Origin: Candidatus Fermentithermobacillaceae bacterium UBA3951
GTDB taxonomy: Bacteria; Bacillota; Sulfobacillia; Fermentithermobacillales; Fermentithermobacillaceae
NCBI GenBank assembly: GCA_002385465.1
Contig: DGDN01000111.1
Location: 12,601 to 70,951 of the forward strand
Length of the DNA: 58,351 nucleotides
Direction: 5' to 3'
Of this stretch, positions 36,511-46,264 are shown piece after piece. A program made the translations under genes and the position numbers. Position 1 is the stretch's first letter. Every line of letters starts with the position of its first letter. The notes under the pieces were generated by a model. The model ran no database searches. It was not told the DNA's origin and saw only the letters and a list, made by a program, of their open reading frames with translations.

Positions 36511-37941
36511 TTGCTTACGGAGCTCAACCGGATACTGGGACTTGCCCAAAAACTGGGCGCCGAATACGCCGACGCCCGGTATGTTTCCATAACCCAAGAG
36601 CCCGTCTCGGTGAGCACCGACGGGGCCCCGCAGATCTCGGTCTCAAAGAGCACCGGGTTGGGTCTTCGCGTGCTGGTGGACGGGGCATGGGGTTTTGCGG
36701 CCACCCCCTATTTGGACCCCAGGAGCTTGGAGAAGACCGCAGATGAAGCGGTGAAGATAGCTTACGCTTCCGCGCTTTGCAAGAAGGGCGACGGGGTGTT
36801 CTTGGAGCCTTTGGAGCCCAAGAGAGCAAGGTGGCAGACGCCCTGTAAGGTGGACCCTTTCTCAGTGAAACCCGAGGAAAAGGTCGAGTTCCTCACTGAT
36901 GTGGTGGAGAGCGCCAAGAAGGTCCCGGGTGTTTTCCGGGCTACCGCCTCCATCATGAGCTATCGCGAAGAGAAGGAGTTCATGTCCACCGACGGAAGGC
37001 AGATCGAACAGACCATAGTCCATTCAGGTGGCTCGGTCTCGGTCATGGCCCGAGGCGAGGGAGATGTGCAATCGCGCTCTTTCGCAGACTATGCGGGTGG
37101 CGGGTTCGAGTTCGTGGAGAGCTTGGACCTGAAGGCGAAAGCAGAGGCGCTCGCAGACGAAGCAGTGAAGCTCCTTAAGGCGCCGGTGTGTCCCACGGGT
37201 ATTACAGACGTGGTGATGGGAGGCTCAATGGTTGCGCTCCAGATCCACGAATCCTGCGGGCACCCTATTGAGCTGGACAGGGTAGTCGGACAGGAGGCAA
37301 CGTTTGCAGGCACATCCTTTCTGACTCCCGAGAAGAAAGGCAGTTTCCGCTACGGTTCGCAATCCGTGAACATTGTCGCCGACGCCACCGCGCCCGGCGG
37401 ATTGGGGAGCTTCGGCTATGACGACGAAGGTGTCGAAGCCCAGTGCGTGGATATAGTGAGAGAGGGTATCTTCACCGATTATCTGACTTCCCGCGAACTC
37501 GCCCCTCTCTTTGACCAGGAATCAAACGGGACAATGAGGGCAGTCGGCTGGGAAAACATCCCCCTTGTGAGGATGACCAACATAAACCTGGAACCCGGCG
37601 ACTGGACCGTCGACGAGATCATCAAAGACACCAAAGAAGGTATCTTCGTAGACACGCCTAAGAGCTGGAGCCTCGACGACAAGAGGCTGAACTTCCACTT
37701 TGGGCAGGAGATCGCCTATGAGATCAAAGACGGGTCTCTCGGAAGGATGCTCAAGAACCCGGCTCACACGGGGATGACGCCTGATTTCTGGAATTCTTGT
37801 GATGCGGTTGCCGGGAAGGACGAGTGGCGGATCTGGGGTACTCCGGGGTGTGCCAAAGGGGAACCGGTCCAAGTCATACACGTAGGTCACGGTGCCACCC
37901 CGGCACGGTTCCGCAAGGTAAAGGTAGGTGTTGAAGCGTGA
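36511..37941 (+). CDS. tldD: TldD-family zinc metalloprotease (second copy)
   Basis: HESCGH (HExxxH) motif. TTG start after GGGAGGGAG. Confidence 0.85.
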   Translation: MLTELNRILGLAQKLGAEYADARYVSITQEPVSVSTDGAPQISVSKSTGLGLRVLVDGAWGFAATPYLDPRSLEKTADEAVKIAYASALCKKGDGVFLEPLEPKRARWQTPCKVDPFSVKPEEKVEFLTDVVESAKKVPGVFRATASIMSYREEKEFMSTDGRQIEQTIVHSGGSVSVMARGEGDVQSRSFADYAGGGFEFVESLDLKAKAEALADEAVKLLKAPVCPTGITDVVMGGSMVALQIHESCGHPIELDRVVGQEATFAGTSFLTPEKKGSFRYGSQSVNIVADATAPGGLGSFGYDDEGVEAQCVDIVREGIFTDYLTSRELAPLFDQESNGTMRAVGWENIPLVRMTNINLEPGDWTVDEIIKDTKEGIFVDTPKSWSLDDKRLNFHFGQEIAYEIKDGSLGRMLKNPAHTGMTPDFWNSCDAVAGKDEWRIWGTPGCAKGEPVQVIHVGHGATPARFRKVKVGVEA

Positions 37942-39284
37942 TCGGCAAAGACGATGCTCTCAAGGTCCTGGAAAAGGTCCTTTCCTTCTCTAAGGGCTTT
38001 GAGGCTTCTGTGACCTTAACCGCTTCGGATCTGAGCCTTACCAGGTACTACGACAATCACATTCACCAGAACCTGAGGCGCCACAACCAGACCCTCACCG
38101 TGCGGCTTGTAAGGGGTAAGAGCACGGGGATAGCGTCAACCAACCTGTTGGATGACGGGTCTTTGAGGTGGGCCGTCCAGGCCGCCCGGGAAAACATGGA
38201 AGTTTCGGGAGAAGAAAAGGATTTCCCCGGCCTTCCCAAACCTGAACCTATCCAGGAAGTGAACTGTTACGTCCCGGCTACGGCCAACCTGAAGCCAAAA
38301 GACCGTGCCGAGGCTTGCGCCGTGGTTATCGATGCCGCGAAGTCCAGGGGGCTTCAAGCCTCGGGTACGTACTCTTCGGGAGTTACGGAGCTGGCCGTCG
38401 CCTCGAGCACCGGTGTGAGGGCTTACAATGCCGGAACAGAGGCCTTCTTCAGGACGATCATCCAAGACGGAGACAACACCGGGTACGCCGACAGGCTGAC
38501 CAGGGATGTGCGGGAGATAGATGCCGGGGCCGTGGCCGAAGAGGCCCTTACAAAGGCCACTTTGTTCCCGGAAGCCATAGACTTGCCCCCGGGGCGCTAC
38601 GACACCATTTTCGAGGAGTACGCGCTGGCAGACCTTATTAGGTTCCTCGGGATGATAGCCTTCGGAGCCGACGCCAAACAACAAGGCAGGAGTTTCATGG
38701 CCGCTCGCCTGGGCGAGAAAGTCATGGGAGACAACGTGACCATTTGGGATGACGGTCTCGATCCTGCTTCTTTAGCGGTTCCCTTCGATCTCGAGGGAAT
38801 GCCCAAGCAAAAAGTGGTGTTTATCGAGAACGGTGTGGCCAAGGGGTTTGTCTACGATTCCAAGACCGCGAAAAAGGACGGTGTCAAGTCTACCGGACAC
38901 GCTTCCGCGATGAGGGGTGGCCGGTCCGTTCCTCGGCCCTCCAACATGTTCCTCAAGGTGGGCGATTCCACCAGGGACGAGATGCTGCGGTCGACCAAGC
39001 GGGGCCTCTTGGTGACAAGGTTCCACTACACCCATTGTCCGGAGCCCATGAACGTAGTGGCCACCGGAACCACAAGGGACGGCACTTTCCTCATTGAAGA
39101 CGGCCGGATAGTAGCAAGGGTTAAGAACCTCCGGTTCACCGAGTCAATGGTCGAGGCGTTTTCTCGGGTTGAAGCAATTGCCAAGACCGCCAGAATAACC
39201 AGGGATTGGTGGAGCACGTTCAACTCCGTCTTGCCTTGCGTGAAGATACGAGATTTCTCCTTCACGGGCAGCACGATGTTCTAG
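37938..39284 (+). CDS. pmbA: PmbA/TldE-family protease subunit (second copy)
   Basis: 448 aa, PmbA-like, with no HExxxH motif. GTGA overlap with the preceding tldD. Confidence 0.85.
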   Translation: MIGKDDALKVLEKVLSFSKGFEASVTLTASDLSLTRYYDNHIHQNLRRHNQTLTVRLVRGKSTGIASTNLLDDGSLRWAVQAARENMEVSGEEKDFPGLPKPEPIQEVNCYVPATANLKPKDRAEACAVVIDAAKSRGLQASGTYSSGVTELAVASSTGVRAYNAGTEAFFRTIIQDGDNTGYADRLTRDVREIDAGAVAEEALTKATLFPEAIDLPPGRYDTIFEEYALADLIRFLGMIAFGADAKQQGRSFMAARLGEKVMGDNVTIWDDGLDPASLAVPFDLEGMPKQKVVFIENGVAKGFVYDSKTAKKDGVKSTGHASAMRGGRSVPRPSNMFLKVGDSTRDEMLRSTKRGLLVTRFHYTHCPEPMNVVATGTTRDGTFLIEDGRIVARVKNLRFTESMVEAFSRVEAIAKTARITRDWWSTFNSVLPCVKIRDFSFTGSTMF

Positions 39285-39330
39285 AGAGCCCGTGTCATAG
39301 TGGGCACGTTCAATACGGGTGAAACCGTAA

Positions 39331-39363
39331 CCCCCGGCGCACAATATTGCCGGGGGTGTTTCA
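39331..39363 (+). terminator. Intrinsic terminator after the peptidase operon
   Basis: Perfect 8-bp stem CCCCCGGC/GCCGGGGG with a 10-nt loop, followed by TGTTTCATT. Confidence 0.6.
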
Positions 39364-40164
39364 TTGAGAAAAGCCGCGCCCTATATAGCAGGACTGGCGG
39401 TTGTCGTTGTACTCACCGTCCTTGCCTATCAATCAGGTCCCCGGAGGCGCCCGATTGACCCGCTGCCCTTGAAAGGGGGCGATGAGAGGGACAACCGGGC
39501 TATAGGAGAGATAGACCTGGAGAAACTCTACCCGGGTCTTGTACTGAGGTCCAGCAAAGGGCCGGAAAAGATAGTAGCCCTCACCTTTGATGACGGCCCT
39601 GACAAAGTGTATACGCCCCAGGTCTTGGATATTTTGAGGGAAAAGGGTGTGCGGGCGACCTTCTTCCTGATCGGCAGCCGGGTCGACGAGGACCCGGATG
39701 TAGCCAAGAGGATCGCGGAAGAAGGGCATTCAATCGGAAACCACTCCTACTCCCATCCCAAACTCACCAAAGCTTCGCCCCTCCTCGCGCAAGAGCTGGA
39801 GAGGACCAAAGAGGCCCTGGCCCGCCTCGGGATTAGCGACAACGGGTTTTTCCGCCCACCTTACGGGGCCGCTGAACCTTCACTTATTGAGCAAGCGGCG
39901 GACTTAGGTTACAGGGTGGCCATGTGGTCCATCGATTCTCTTGACTGGCGTGGCCTTTCTCGGACTGAGGTGATTCGCAACATCCAAGGCTATGTCGAGC
40001 CGGGTTCAGTGATCTTGCAGCACTCGGCCGGCGGTCCCGGTGAGGATCTCTCGGGATCGGTTTTAGCCGTCCGCGACATCATAGACCTCCTTACGGCCCA
40101 AGGGTATCGTTTCGTCACGTTGCCGGAGATGTTCCCATCACCCGAGAAGTGCTCCGGGTCCTAG
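39364..40164 (+). CDS. Polysaccharide deacetylase (NodB/CE4 domain) with N-terminal membrane anchor
   Basis: ALTFDDGPD, NHSYSHP and FRPPYG NodB motifs. The TTG start is approximate. Confidence 0.85.
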   Translation: MRKAAPYIAGLAVVVVLTVLAYQSGPRRRPIDPLPLKGGDERDNRAIGEIDLEKLYPGLVLRSSKGPEKIVALTFDDGPDKVYTPQVLDILREKGVRATFFLIGSRVDEDPDVAKRIAEEGHSIGNHSYSHPKLTKASPLLAQELERTKEALARLGISDNGFFRPPYGAAEPSLIEQAADLGYRVAMWSIDSLDWRGLSRTEVIRNIQGYVEPGSVILQHSAGGPGEDLSGSVLAVRDIIDLLTAQGYRFVTLPEMFPSPEKCSGS

Positions 40165-40186
40165 GGGGCCAGGGAGAGAACGACCA

Positions 40187-42469
40187 TCATATGCCCGGTG
40201 TCGAAATAGAGCTGCCGGTACCGAAATACCTCTGTACCGCCCTGAAGAGGCTCTGGGCGGTCTTAGCCCAGGTCTCAGACTGGCGGAGGTAGGACTCCTC
40301 AATGGGGTTCGAGAGGAACATGACTTCCACCAGCACCGCGGGGCACAATGCTTCCCGGCAGACGTGGAAGTTCGAGTCTCTCACACCCATGTCCCGGGTC
40401 CCCAGTGAAAGAGTCAGCTCCGAGAGTGCCATGGAGGCGAATCGCCTGGATTCAGACGCGTTTGGGTTCTTGTCACACACGTATACCGTGGTGCCGGAGA
40501 TGGACCGGTCGTAGTTCCAGTTGTTGTGGATCGAGATGAACAAGTCGGCTCCTTGGGACCAAGCGGCTCTCTCTGAGAGGGAGTGTGAATACTCGCCGGG
40601 CTTGGGCACCCAGCCCGGGGGGCCCTCCGAATTGGCGTACAGGCTTTGGCGAGTGAGTATCGCCGTGGCTCCTGCTTGGTTCAAGAGCTCCGCCAGCCTA
40701 ACCGCCATTTCCCAGTTCACGTTCCGTTCGGCCAGGCCGGTTGGCCCGATGGCGCCAGGGTCGTTCGCTTCGTGACCGGGGTCAACGACTATCCTCTTGC
40801 CTTCAAGACCGGAGACTCCGAATGTGGCCTGGATCGAGTTGGCGGTTTGTTTTATCTGGTACGCGAGCTGTCCGCTCGTCTTTATGGCCACATCAACGCC
40901 TCCGTCTCTCGGGGAGACAGTGACGTTTTTGACGGTCCTCCCTTTTAACGATGGGAGTTCATGGGTCAAAGACGCGCCCGGCAGGAACAGAGTGACCACG
41001 TCGCCGTCGCGCCTTACGTCAGCCCAAGCGTAACCCACGGTGTTGATGGTGAGGATGTCGGTATTGCCCGATGAGCGGACGTCAAGTGACGTGACTACCG
41101 GGGTGAACCTTAGCACCACTTTTCCGGAGGAGATTTCCACGATGTCGTAGTTTGCCTTGCCTTGGAAGTTTACCGTTACATCGCTTGTGGCGACCTTGAT
41201 TGTGCCGAACTCAAAAGCGTTTACCGGAAGCTCTACTGAAGTATTGAAGAAAATAGATGTGCTCACTATGACCGAACTCTTGTCGGGTGAAGGGATGACC
41301 ACGGCGCTCTCAAAAGGCCCGGTTACCGTCAGGGTCCTATCTTCGCCGTTGGCGCTGGCTGAGACGGTAAAAGCAGTCCCTTTAGCGCTGGTTGTGGGCG
41401 AAGTGAGCCATCCCGCAACCCAACCGGCTTGTCCTACCGGTGAAATGGCTTGCTTCCATTCGCCCGACGTGCCCAAGACCCACAGAGTGTCGCCCTTATC
41501 CAGGGACCCAATGACGGGGTAGTTGGTTCCCGGCCCGCTCCGGAAATTGACATCGGTCGCGGTCACGGTGGAGACAGGGTACTTGCCGATGACCCAGGTG
41601 TTTTGCGACACGATGAAGCTAACGCTGGGATCTCCGAGAGAAGCCACACGGGCGTGGGGACCGTATACCCATCCTCTCAGGCCATTTGACGTTTCGACCA
41701 TGATGTAGGCCCCTTCTGCGCCTACTACCCTGGCCGATTCTCCCTTAGAAAGCCTTGCCACCTGTGACGAACCTGCAATCGCGTTTGAGTAAATAGTGAG
41801 AGTATCACGGGCAGGGTATACCACCAGACCTGTCTGGACGGGAGGTTTGGGAGTCTCGGATGGCAGAGGAGGTTGAGGCTGAGTTTGAGGCGGGGATTGA
41901 GGCTCAGACGTACCCGCAAACTCAAGCTTCAAGAGAGTCTCGGATATCCAACCGGTGGAACCTCCACTTGTGAGGGTAACCCTTATCCAGGCGCCCCTCT
42001 TTACTTCGGCCGGGTAGACCTTGTCTCTGTCGGTCATCGTCTTTACACGGTAGCTCGTACCCGGACCTTCGCGGACGTTGACATCGGTGGCGGTTATCCG
42101 GGCCGATACGCCTTTGGACCCTAAGTCGACGTCAATGAGCCATCCTGCGATGTATCCGGTGAGGCTCCCCGTTTTTATCTTGGCCCAGTTGTTTTCGTAG
42201 GAAAGGACGTCTACGGTCGTACCCATGGTCACCTGGCCGATGACCTTGTAGGTAGTATCTGGTCCGGACCGTACGTTGCAGACGTCTCCTACTACCGTCG
42301 CTTTGAACCCTGCAAGGTTCGATGGTACCGGAGCGGCATGGGCTCTTGGTCTTGGGTGAAGAGGGACATACGCCGTAAGGAGCGTGAAGAGTATGGCCCA
42401 GACTACGCCTTTCACCAAATTTCTCGCTCTCACCCTGGTCACCCCGGTTTTCCCTTGATAAGCACCCAT
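40187..42469 (-). CDS. N-acetylmuramoyl-L-alanine amidase (Amidase_3) with four SH3b-like repeats and an unassigned central region
   Basis: C-terminal VVDPGHEANDPGA...LFISIHNN. The N-terminal half has repeated NVRSGPDTTY / NVREGPGTSY / NFRSGPGTNY SH3b signatures and a Pro-rich linker. The start may be downstream of 42469. Confidence 0.85.
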   Translation of the reverse strand: MGAYQGKTGVTRVRARNLVKGVVWAILFTLLTAYVPLHPRPRAHAAPVPSNLAGFKATVVGDVCNVRSGPDTTYKVIGQVTMGTTVDVLSYENNWAKIKTGSLTGYIAGWLIDVDLGSKGVSARITATDVNVREGPGTSYRVKTMTDRDKVYPAEVKRGAWIRVTLTSGGSTGWISETLLKLEFAGTSEPQSPPQTQPQPPLPSETPKPPVQTGLVVYPARDTLTIYSNAIAGSSQVARLSKGESARVVGAEGAYIMVETSNGLRGWVYGPHARVASLGDPSVSFIVSQNTWVIGKYPVSTVTATDVNFRSGPGTNYPVIGSLDKGDTLWVLGTSGEWKQAISPVGQAGWVAGWLTSPTTSAKGTAFTVSASANGEDRTLTVTGPFESAVVIPSPDKSSVIVSTSIFFNTSVELPVNAFEFGTIKVATSDVTVNFQGKANYDIVEISSGKVVLRFTPVVTSLDVRSSGNTDILTINTVGYAWADVRRDGDVVTLFLPGASLTHELPSLKGRTVKNVTVSPRDGGVDVAIKTSGQLAYQIKQTANSIQATFGVSGLEGKRIVVDPGHEANDPGAIGPTGLAERNVNWEMAVRLAELLNQAGATAILTRQSLYANSEGPPGWVPKPGEYSHSLSERAAWSQGADLFISIHNNWNYDRSISGTTVYVCDKNPNASESRRFASMALSELTLSLGTRDMGVRDSNFHVCREALCPAVLVEVMFLSNPIEESYLRQSETWAKTAQSLFRAVQRYFGTGSSISTPGI

Positions 42470-42555
42470 TTCTACTATTAGAATGCATTTCCTGCACTTT
42501 GGTTCCCCGCAGGTCCAGCATTCTTGACATACATCGACACAAGAGTGGAGTTTGT

Positions 42556-42588
42556 AGAATCAAGAAGGCCCCGGAGGTCTCCGGGGCC
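42556..42588 (-). terminator. Intrinsic terminator after iscU
   Basis: GGCCCCGGAG-gt-CTCCGGGGCC palindrome (42567-42588), followed on the minus strand by TTCTTGATTCT. Confidence 0.65.
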
Positions 42589-42616
42589 CTCAGGGTGCCT
42601 AGGGCCTTAGAAGCAG

Positions 42617-42994
42617 TTAGCCCGCAACGGAAGTCTTTGACCGGTAGTCCTTGATCGCTTCGTGGAGGGCATCGGCCGCAAGGTTCGAACAGTGCATCTT
42701 CTGGGGCGGGAGTCCCCCCAACGCCTCGGCCACAGTCTTGTTCGATACTTCCATGGCTTCGTCCAACGTAAGTCCCTTAACCAGTTCGGTGACCATGGAA
42801 CTCGTGGCGATTGCGGCGCCGCATCCGAAAGTCTTGAACTTCACGTCTTCGATCCGGTTGTCTTTGACCCTGATCTGGACTCTCATCACATCGCCGCAGA
42901 TAGGGTTCCCGACTTGCCCGACCCCGTCGGGGTTCTCCATCTCGCCTACATTTCGCGGGTTGAAGAAGTGATCCATTACTTTCTCATTGTACAT
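42617..42994 (-). CDS. iscU: Fe-S cluster scaffold IscU/NifU-like
   Basis: MYNEKVMDHFFNPRNVG start. Three ligand cysteines in NPICGD, FGCGAAIA and HCSNLA. The ORF-track start at 43099 is an extension into iscS. Confidence 0.9.
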   Translation of the reverse strand: MYNEKVMDHFFNPRNVGEMENPDGVGQVGNPICGDVMRVQIRVKDNRIEDVKFKTFGCGAAIATSSMVTELVKGLTLDEAMEVSNKTVAEALGGLPPQKMHCSNLAADALHEAIKDYRSKTSVAG

Positions 42995-44210
42995 TGTTGC
43001 GGCCTCCCCCAGAGGTTTCTGAAGCTGCAGGAGCACTAAAAGGAGACATCTCCCGGAGCCTTGAGACAATCGGCGGGAGGACCTCCAGGACGTAGTCAAT
43101 GTCCTCGACCGTGTTCATTCGACCCAGTGTCATGCGTATTGAACCGTGGGCTACTTCGTGCGGCACCCCCATTGCCAAGAGGACGTGCGACGGCTCCAAA
43201 GAACCCGAGGTACACGCCGAACCCGAAGAAGCGCCGATTCCCATACGGTCGAGGTTTAGGAGTATCGATTCACCTTCTACATACTTGATGCTCACATTGA
43301 CGTTATGCGGAAGCCTCTTGGAAGGATGGCCGTTCAGCACGGTGTCCGGTATCCTTTCCAAGATACCGCTTATAAGCCTGTCTCGGAGGGCCGTAAGCCG
43401 CCGGGATTCTTCAGCAAGCTCTCGTTCGGCCAGATAGCAGGCTTCGCCGAACCCCACTATGCCGGCTACGTTCTCGGTGCCCGCCCTGCGGCCCCGCTCG
43501 TGGGCGCCTCCCGTAATCTGAGGTGCCATCTTGATGCCCTTCCTTACGTAGAGAGCGCCTATTCCCTTTGGACCGTACATCTTGTGACTGGAAATAGACA
43601 TGAGGTCAACGCCCAGGTCCCGGACTTTGAGGGGCACTTTCCCTGCGCTTTGCACCGCATCGGTGTGCAGCAGTATGCCCTTTTCCTTGGCAACCCGCCC
43701 GATTTCCTCAACCGGCTGTATGGTACCTACCTCATTCTGTCCGTGCATCACCGAGATCAGAATCGTCTCAGGACGAATGGCCTCTATAACGCTTTCCACC
43801 GAGACCATCCCGTACTCGTCTACGGGCAAGTAAGTTACCTCATACCCTTCTTTCTCAAGGATCTGACACGTATGAAGAACGGCATGGTGTTCAACAGTCG
43901 TCGTGATGATATGGTTCCCTTTTGACCGGAGAAGGCGGGCTGTGCTCCTCAGGGCGAGGTTGTCGGCTTCGGTGCCGCCTGATGTAAATACGATTTCCGA
44001 TGGCTCCGCTCCCAGCAGGTAGGCGACCTTCTCGCGCGCCGTTTCCACACCTACCCGGGCCTCTCTGCCCCACCTGTGGACGCTGGATGCGTTGCCAAAG
44101 GCTTGCGCGAAAAAAGGCAGCATCACGGAAAGGACTTCTGCCCTCACGGGAGTCGTCGCAGAGTGGTCTAGATAGACCTTGCGTGCAGGGCTATTGCGCT
44201 CACTCGTCAC
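42984..44210 (-). CDS. iscS: Cysteine desulfurase (IscS/NifS class)
   Basis: PLP-Lys motif SSHKMYGPKG and catalytic loop SSGSACTSG. Confidence 0.92.
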   Translation of the reverse strand: MTSERNSPARKVYLDHSATTPVRAEVLSVMLPFFAQAFGNASSVHRWGREARVGVETAREKVAYLLGAEPSEIVFTSGGTEADNLALRSTARLLRSKGNHIITTTVEHHAVLHTCQILEKEGYEVTYLPVDEYGMVSVESVIEAIRPETILISVMHGQNEVGTIQPVEEIGRVAKEKGILLHTDAVQSAGKVPLKVRDLGVDLMSISSHKMYGPKGIGALYVRKGIKMAPQITGGAHERGRRAGTENVAGIVGFGEACYLAERELAEESRRLTALRDRLISGILERIPDTVLNGHPSKRLPHNVNVSIKYVEGESILLNLDRMGIGASSGSACTSGSLEPSHVLLAMGVPHEVAHGSIRMTLGRMNTVEDIDYVLEVLPPIVSRLREMSPFSAPAASETSGGGRNNVQ

Positions 44211-44655
44211 GGAACTGGTCTCCTTTCGAAGATGCAGCGTCTTGAGTCTCTTCTCGAATTAGATCTTCCAGCGTAATGGAGTCCAGGACATTGTCTATGG
44301 CTTGCCCGACCTTCTGCCAGACCGACTTTGCCCTGCAATCGTCCGGGCATCTTTCGGGATGCAAGTCATCGGCCACGCACTGGACCGGCACTATTGGCCC
44401 TTCGACTGTCCTCACGATTTCGCCGACGGTGATCTCGGAAGCACTCCTGGCCAAAGCGTAACCGCCTCCGAACCCTCTTTTTCCCTCGACAAGTCCGGCT
44501 TCCCTGAGCGGCCTCACGATCTGCTCAAGATAGCCCTGTGAGAGTTTTCGAGCGGTAGAAATATCTTGGAGAGACGAATAGGCCCCATCGGATTTGGCCA
44601 GTTCGTACATGACGAGCACGGCGTAATGTCCTCTTGTCGACAGCCTGAAAGGCAT
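44200..44655 (-). CDS. iscR: Rrf2-family transcriptional regulator, IscR-like with three Cys ligands
   Basis: N-terminal wHTH LSTRGHYAVLVMYELA and a Cys cluster QCVADDLHPERCPDDC. It heads the iscSU operon. Confidence 0.85.
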   Translation of the reverse strand: MPFRLSTRGHYAVLVMYELAKSDGAYSSLQDISTARKLSQGYLEQIVRPLREAGLVEGKRGFGGGYALARSASEITVGEIVRTVEGPIVPVQCVADDLHPERCPDDCRAKSVWQKVGQAIDNVLDSITLEDLIREETQDAASSKGDQFRDE

Positions 44656-44678
44656 TATCTACCCTCCCTGGGTTACGC

Positions 44679-44714
44679 TAATCCTATTATTATGGTAGGA
44701 TTATTCGCCGTCAA
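44679..44714 (-). promoter_or_regulatory. Candidate sigma-A promoter of iscRSU with an overlapping 25-bp palindromic operator
   Basis: Minus strand reads TTGACG (44714-44709), 17 nt, AATAAT (44691-44686). The perfect inverted repeat TAATCCTA-N9-TAGGATTA (44679-44703) covers the spacer and the -10 element. Confidence 0.5.
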
Positions 44715-44806
44715 GGATTTTCGGTAGTGTCAAGGTTTACCGCCGTGGAGGTAATATATAGTTCCGGAGAGAAGATACGTACGGAACTGAAAGCGAGGGA
44801 TGCGGT

Positions 44807-46264
44807 GTGGGAACAAATGAGAAAGCGCTTGATGAGATAATCGCAAATCTTGAACGGGAAGTGGCCCAAAGACCCAGGGACATCCCTTTGCGTCTGCAGC
44901 TTACGCTGTCTTACATGAAAAGGGGCCGGCGGGACGACGCCAAGAAGAGCCTGGATGAGATCTTGGCGATCGACAAGAGGAGCGTCGAGGCCCTGTACTA
45001 CAAGGGGATACTCTCTGCCGATGAGGGAGATTTGGATACTGCTCAAGAGTCTTTCGAAAAAGCGGTAGAGATGAATCCCCGGCACGGTCCATCCCATTAC
45101 TTCTTAGGCAAAATCCTGGCTCTCAGAGGAAACATTGAAGGGGCCCTTAAGGAATCGGAAACGGCCGTAGCGGTCTCACCGGGGAACCCCTTGGCCCATG
45201 CGCAGCTCGGAGAGCTTTACATCGCCGTGGGTAGGCCTTCAGATTCGGAGAAGCAGTGGCAGAGGGTCTTGGAACTCGATCCCTCTAATCTCCAGGCCCT
45301 CCACAACCTGGGCGCCATCTATACCGACCAGCGCAAGTACCCGGAGGCCATATCGCATTTATCAAGGGCTTTGAGACTCGGCTCCGACAACCCGGGGCTT
45401 TATTTCAACTTGGGCCTCTGCTACCTGGCAACGGGCGACAATGCAAAAGCTATTACAAACCTGGAAAAAGCCTACGAGCTTGAGCCGGAAAACGTGACCA
45501 CGTTGAATACCCTCGGCGAAGCTTACGCCACTTCTAATGAGCTTGACAAGGCACTGGAGACATGGAGGAAGGCTCTCGACCTTCAGCCTGAGGCCCTATT
45601 TGTACTCTACAACCTCGGCCTCGGGCTGTTTCAAAAGGGAGAACCCGAAGAAGCAAAGGCCATGTGGCAGAAGTGCATAGAGATAGATCCGACCTATCTC
45701 CCTGCCTACAAAAACTACGCCACGGTGTGCACCATGGCCGGCGACCTGGAAGGCGCAATATCCAAGTGGCTTCAGGCCAACCGGATTACGCCTGCCCTCC
45801 ATGAACCGTACCTCGCCCTGGGCGACCTGTACTTCAGGAACGGTCAATATGACGAGGCCGAAGACTATGTCCTCAGGCTTAAGGAGAAAATGGACGCGGC
45901 CCAAGGTCTACAAAGCGCCCCCGACAAAGAGTTTAGAGCCAGTGTCGAGCTCCTTCACGGAGCGATCTTGCTGGCCAAGGGGCAGTCGGGAAAAGGCGTG
46001 GAACACTGGCGCCGGGCTATGGAACTGGATCCCAACTTCGCCCTCGCGAACGCTTCGTTCATAGGAAAAACGCTCTGGCCCGACTTAATCGAGGCGGCCC
46101 AAAGCGGGGCCAAGACGGAAGACCAGAGAAAGGCCGCCCGTCTCGTGGGTAGCCTTGTTAGTGAAGAGACCGCGCCCCGGCCCATTAAGCCGCCGGCACC
46201 CGAGAAGGATGTGACCGAGAAGAAAGGTGGCTTCTTGTGGTTTTCCCGGGGAAAGAAGAAGTAA
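44807..46264 (+). CDS. Tetratricopeptide-repeat protein
   Basis: 485 aa of successive 34-residue TPR-like units (A..Y..LG..Y...G....A...ALEL.P.N pattern repeated more than 8 times). GTG start. Confidence 0.8.
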   Translation: MGTNEKALDEIIANLEREVAQRPRDIPLRLQLTLSYMKRGRRDDAKKSLDEILAIDKRSVEALYYKGILSADEGDLDTAQESFEKAVEMNPRHGPSHYFLGKILALRGNIEGALKESETAVAVSPGNPLAHAQLGELYIAVGRPSDSEKQWQRVLELDPSNLQALHNLGAIYTDQRKYPEAISHLSRALRLGSDNPGLYFNLGLCYLATGDNAKAITNLEKAYELEPENVTTLNTLGEAYATSNELDKALETWRKALDLQPEALFVLYNLGLGLFQKGEPEEAKAMWQKCIEIDPTYLPAYKNYATVCTMAGDLEGAISKWLQANRITPALHEPYLALGDLYFRNGQYDEAEDYVLRLKEKMDAAQGLQSAPDKEFRASVELLHGAILLAKGQSGKGVEHWRRAMELDPNFALANASFIGKTLWPDLIEAAQSGAKTEDQRKAARLVGSLVSEETAPRPIKPPAPEKDVTEKKGGFLWFSRGKKK

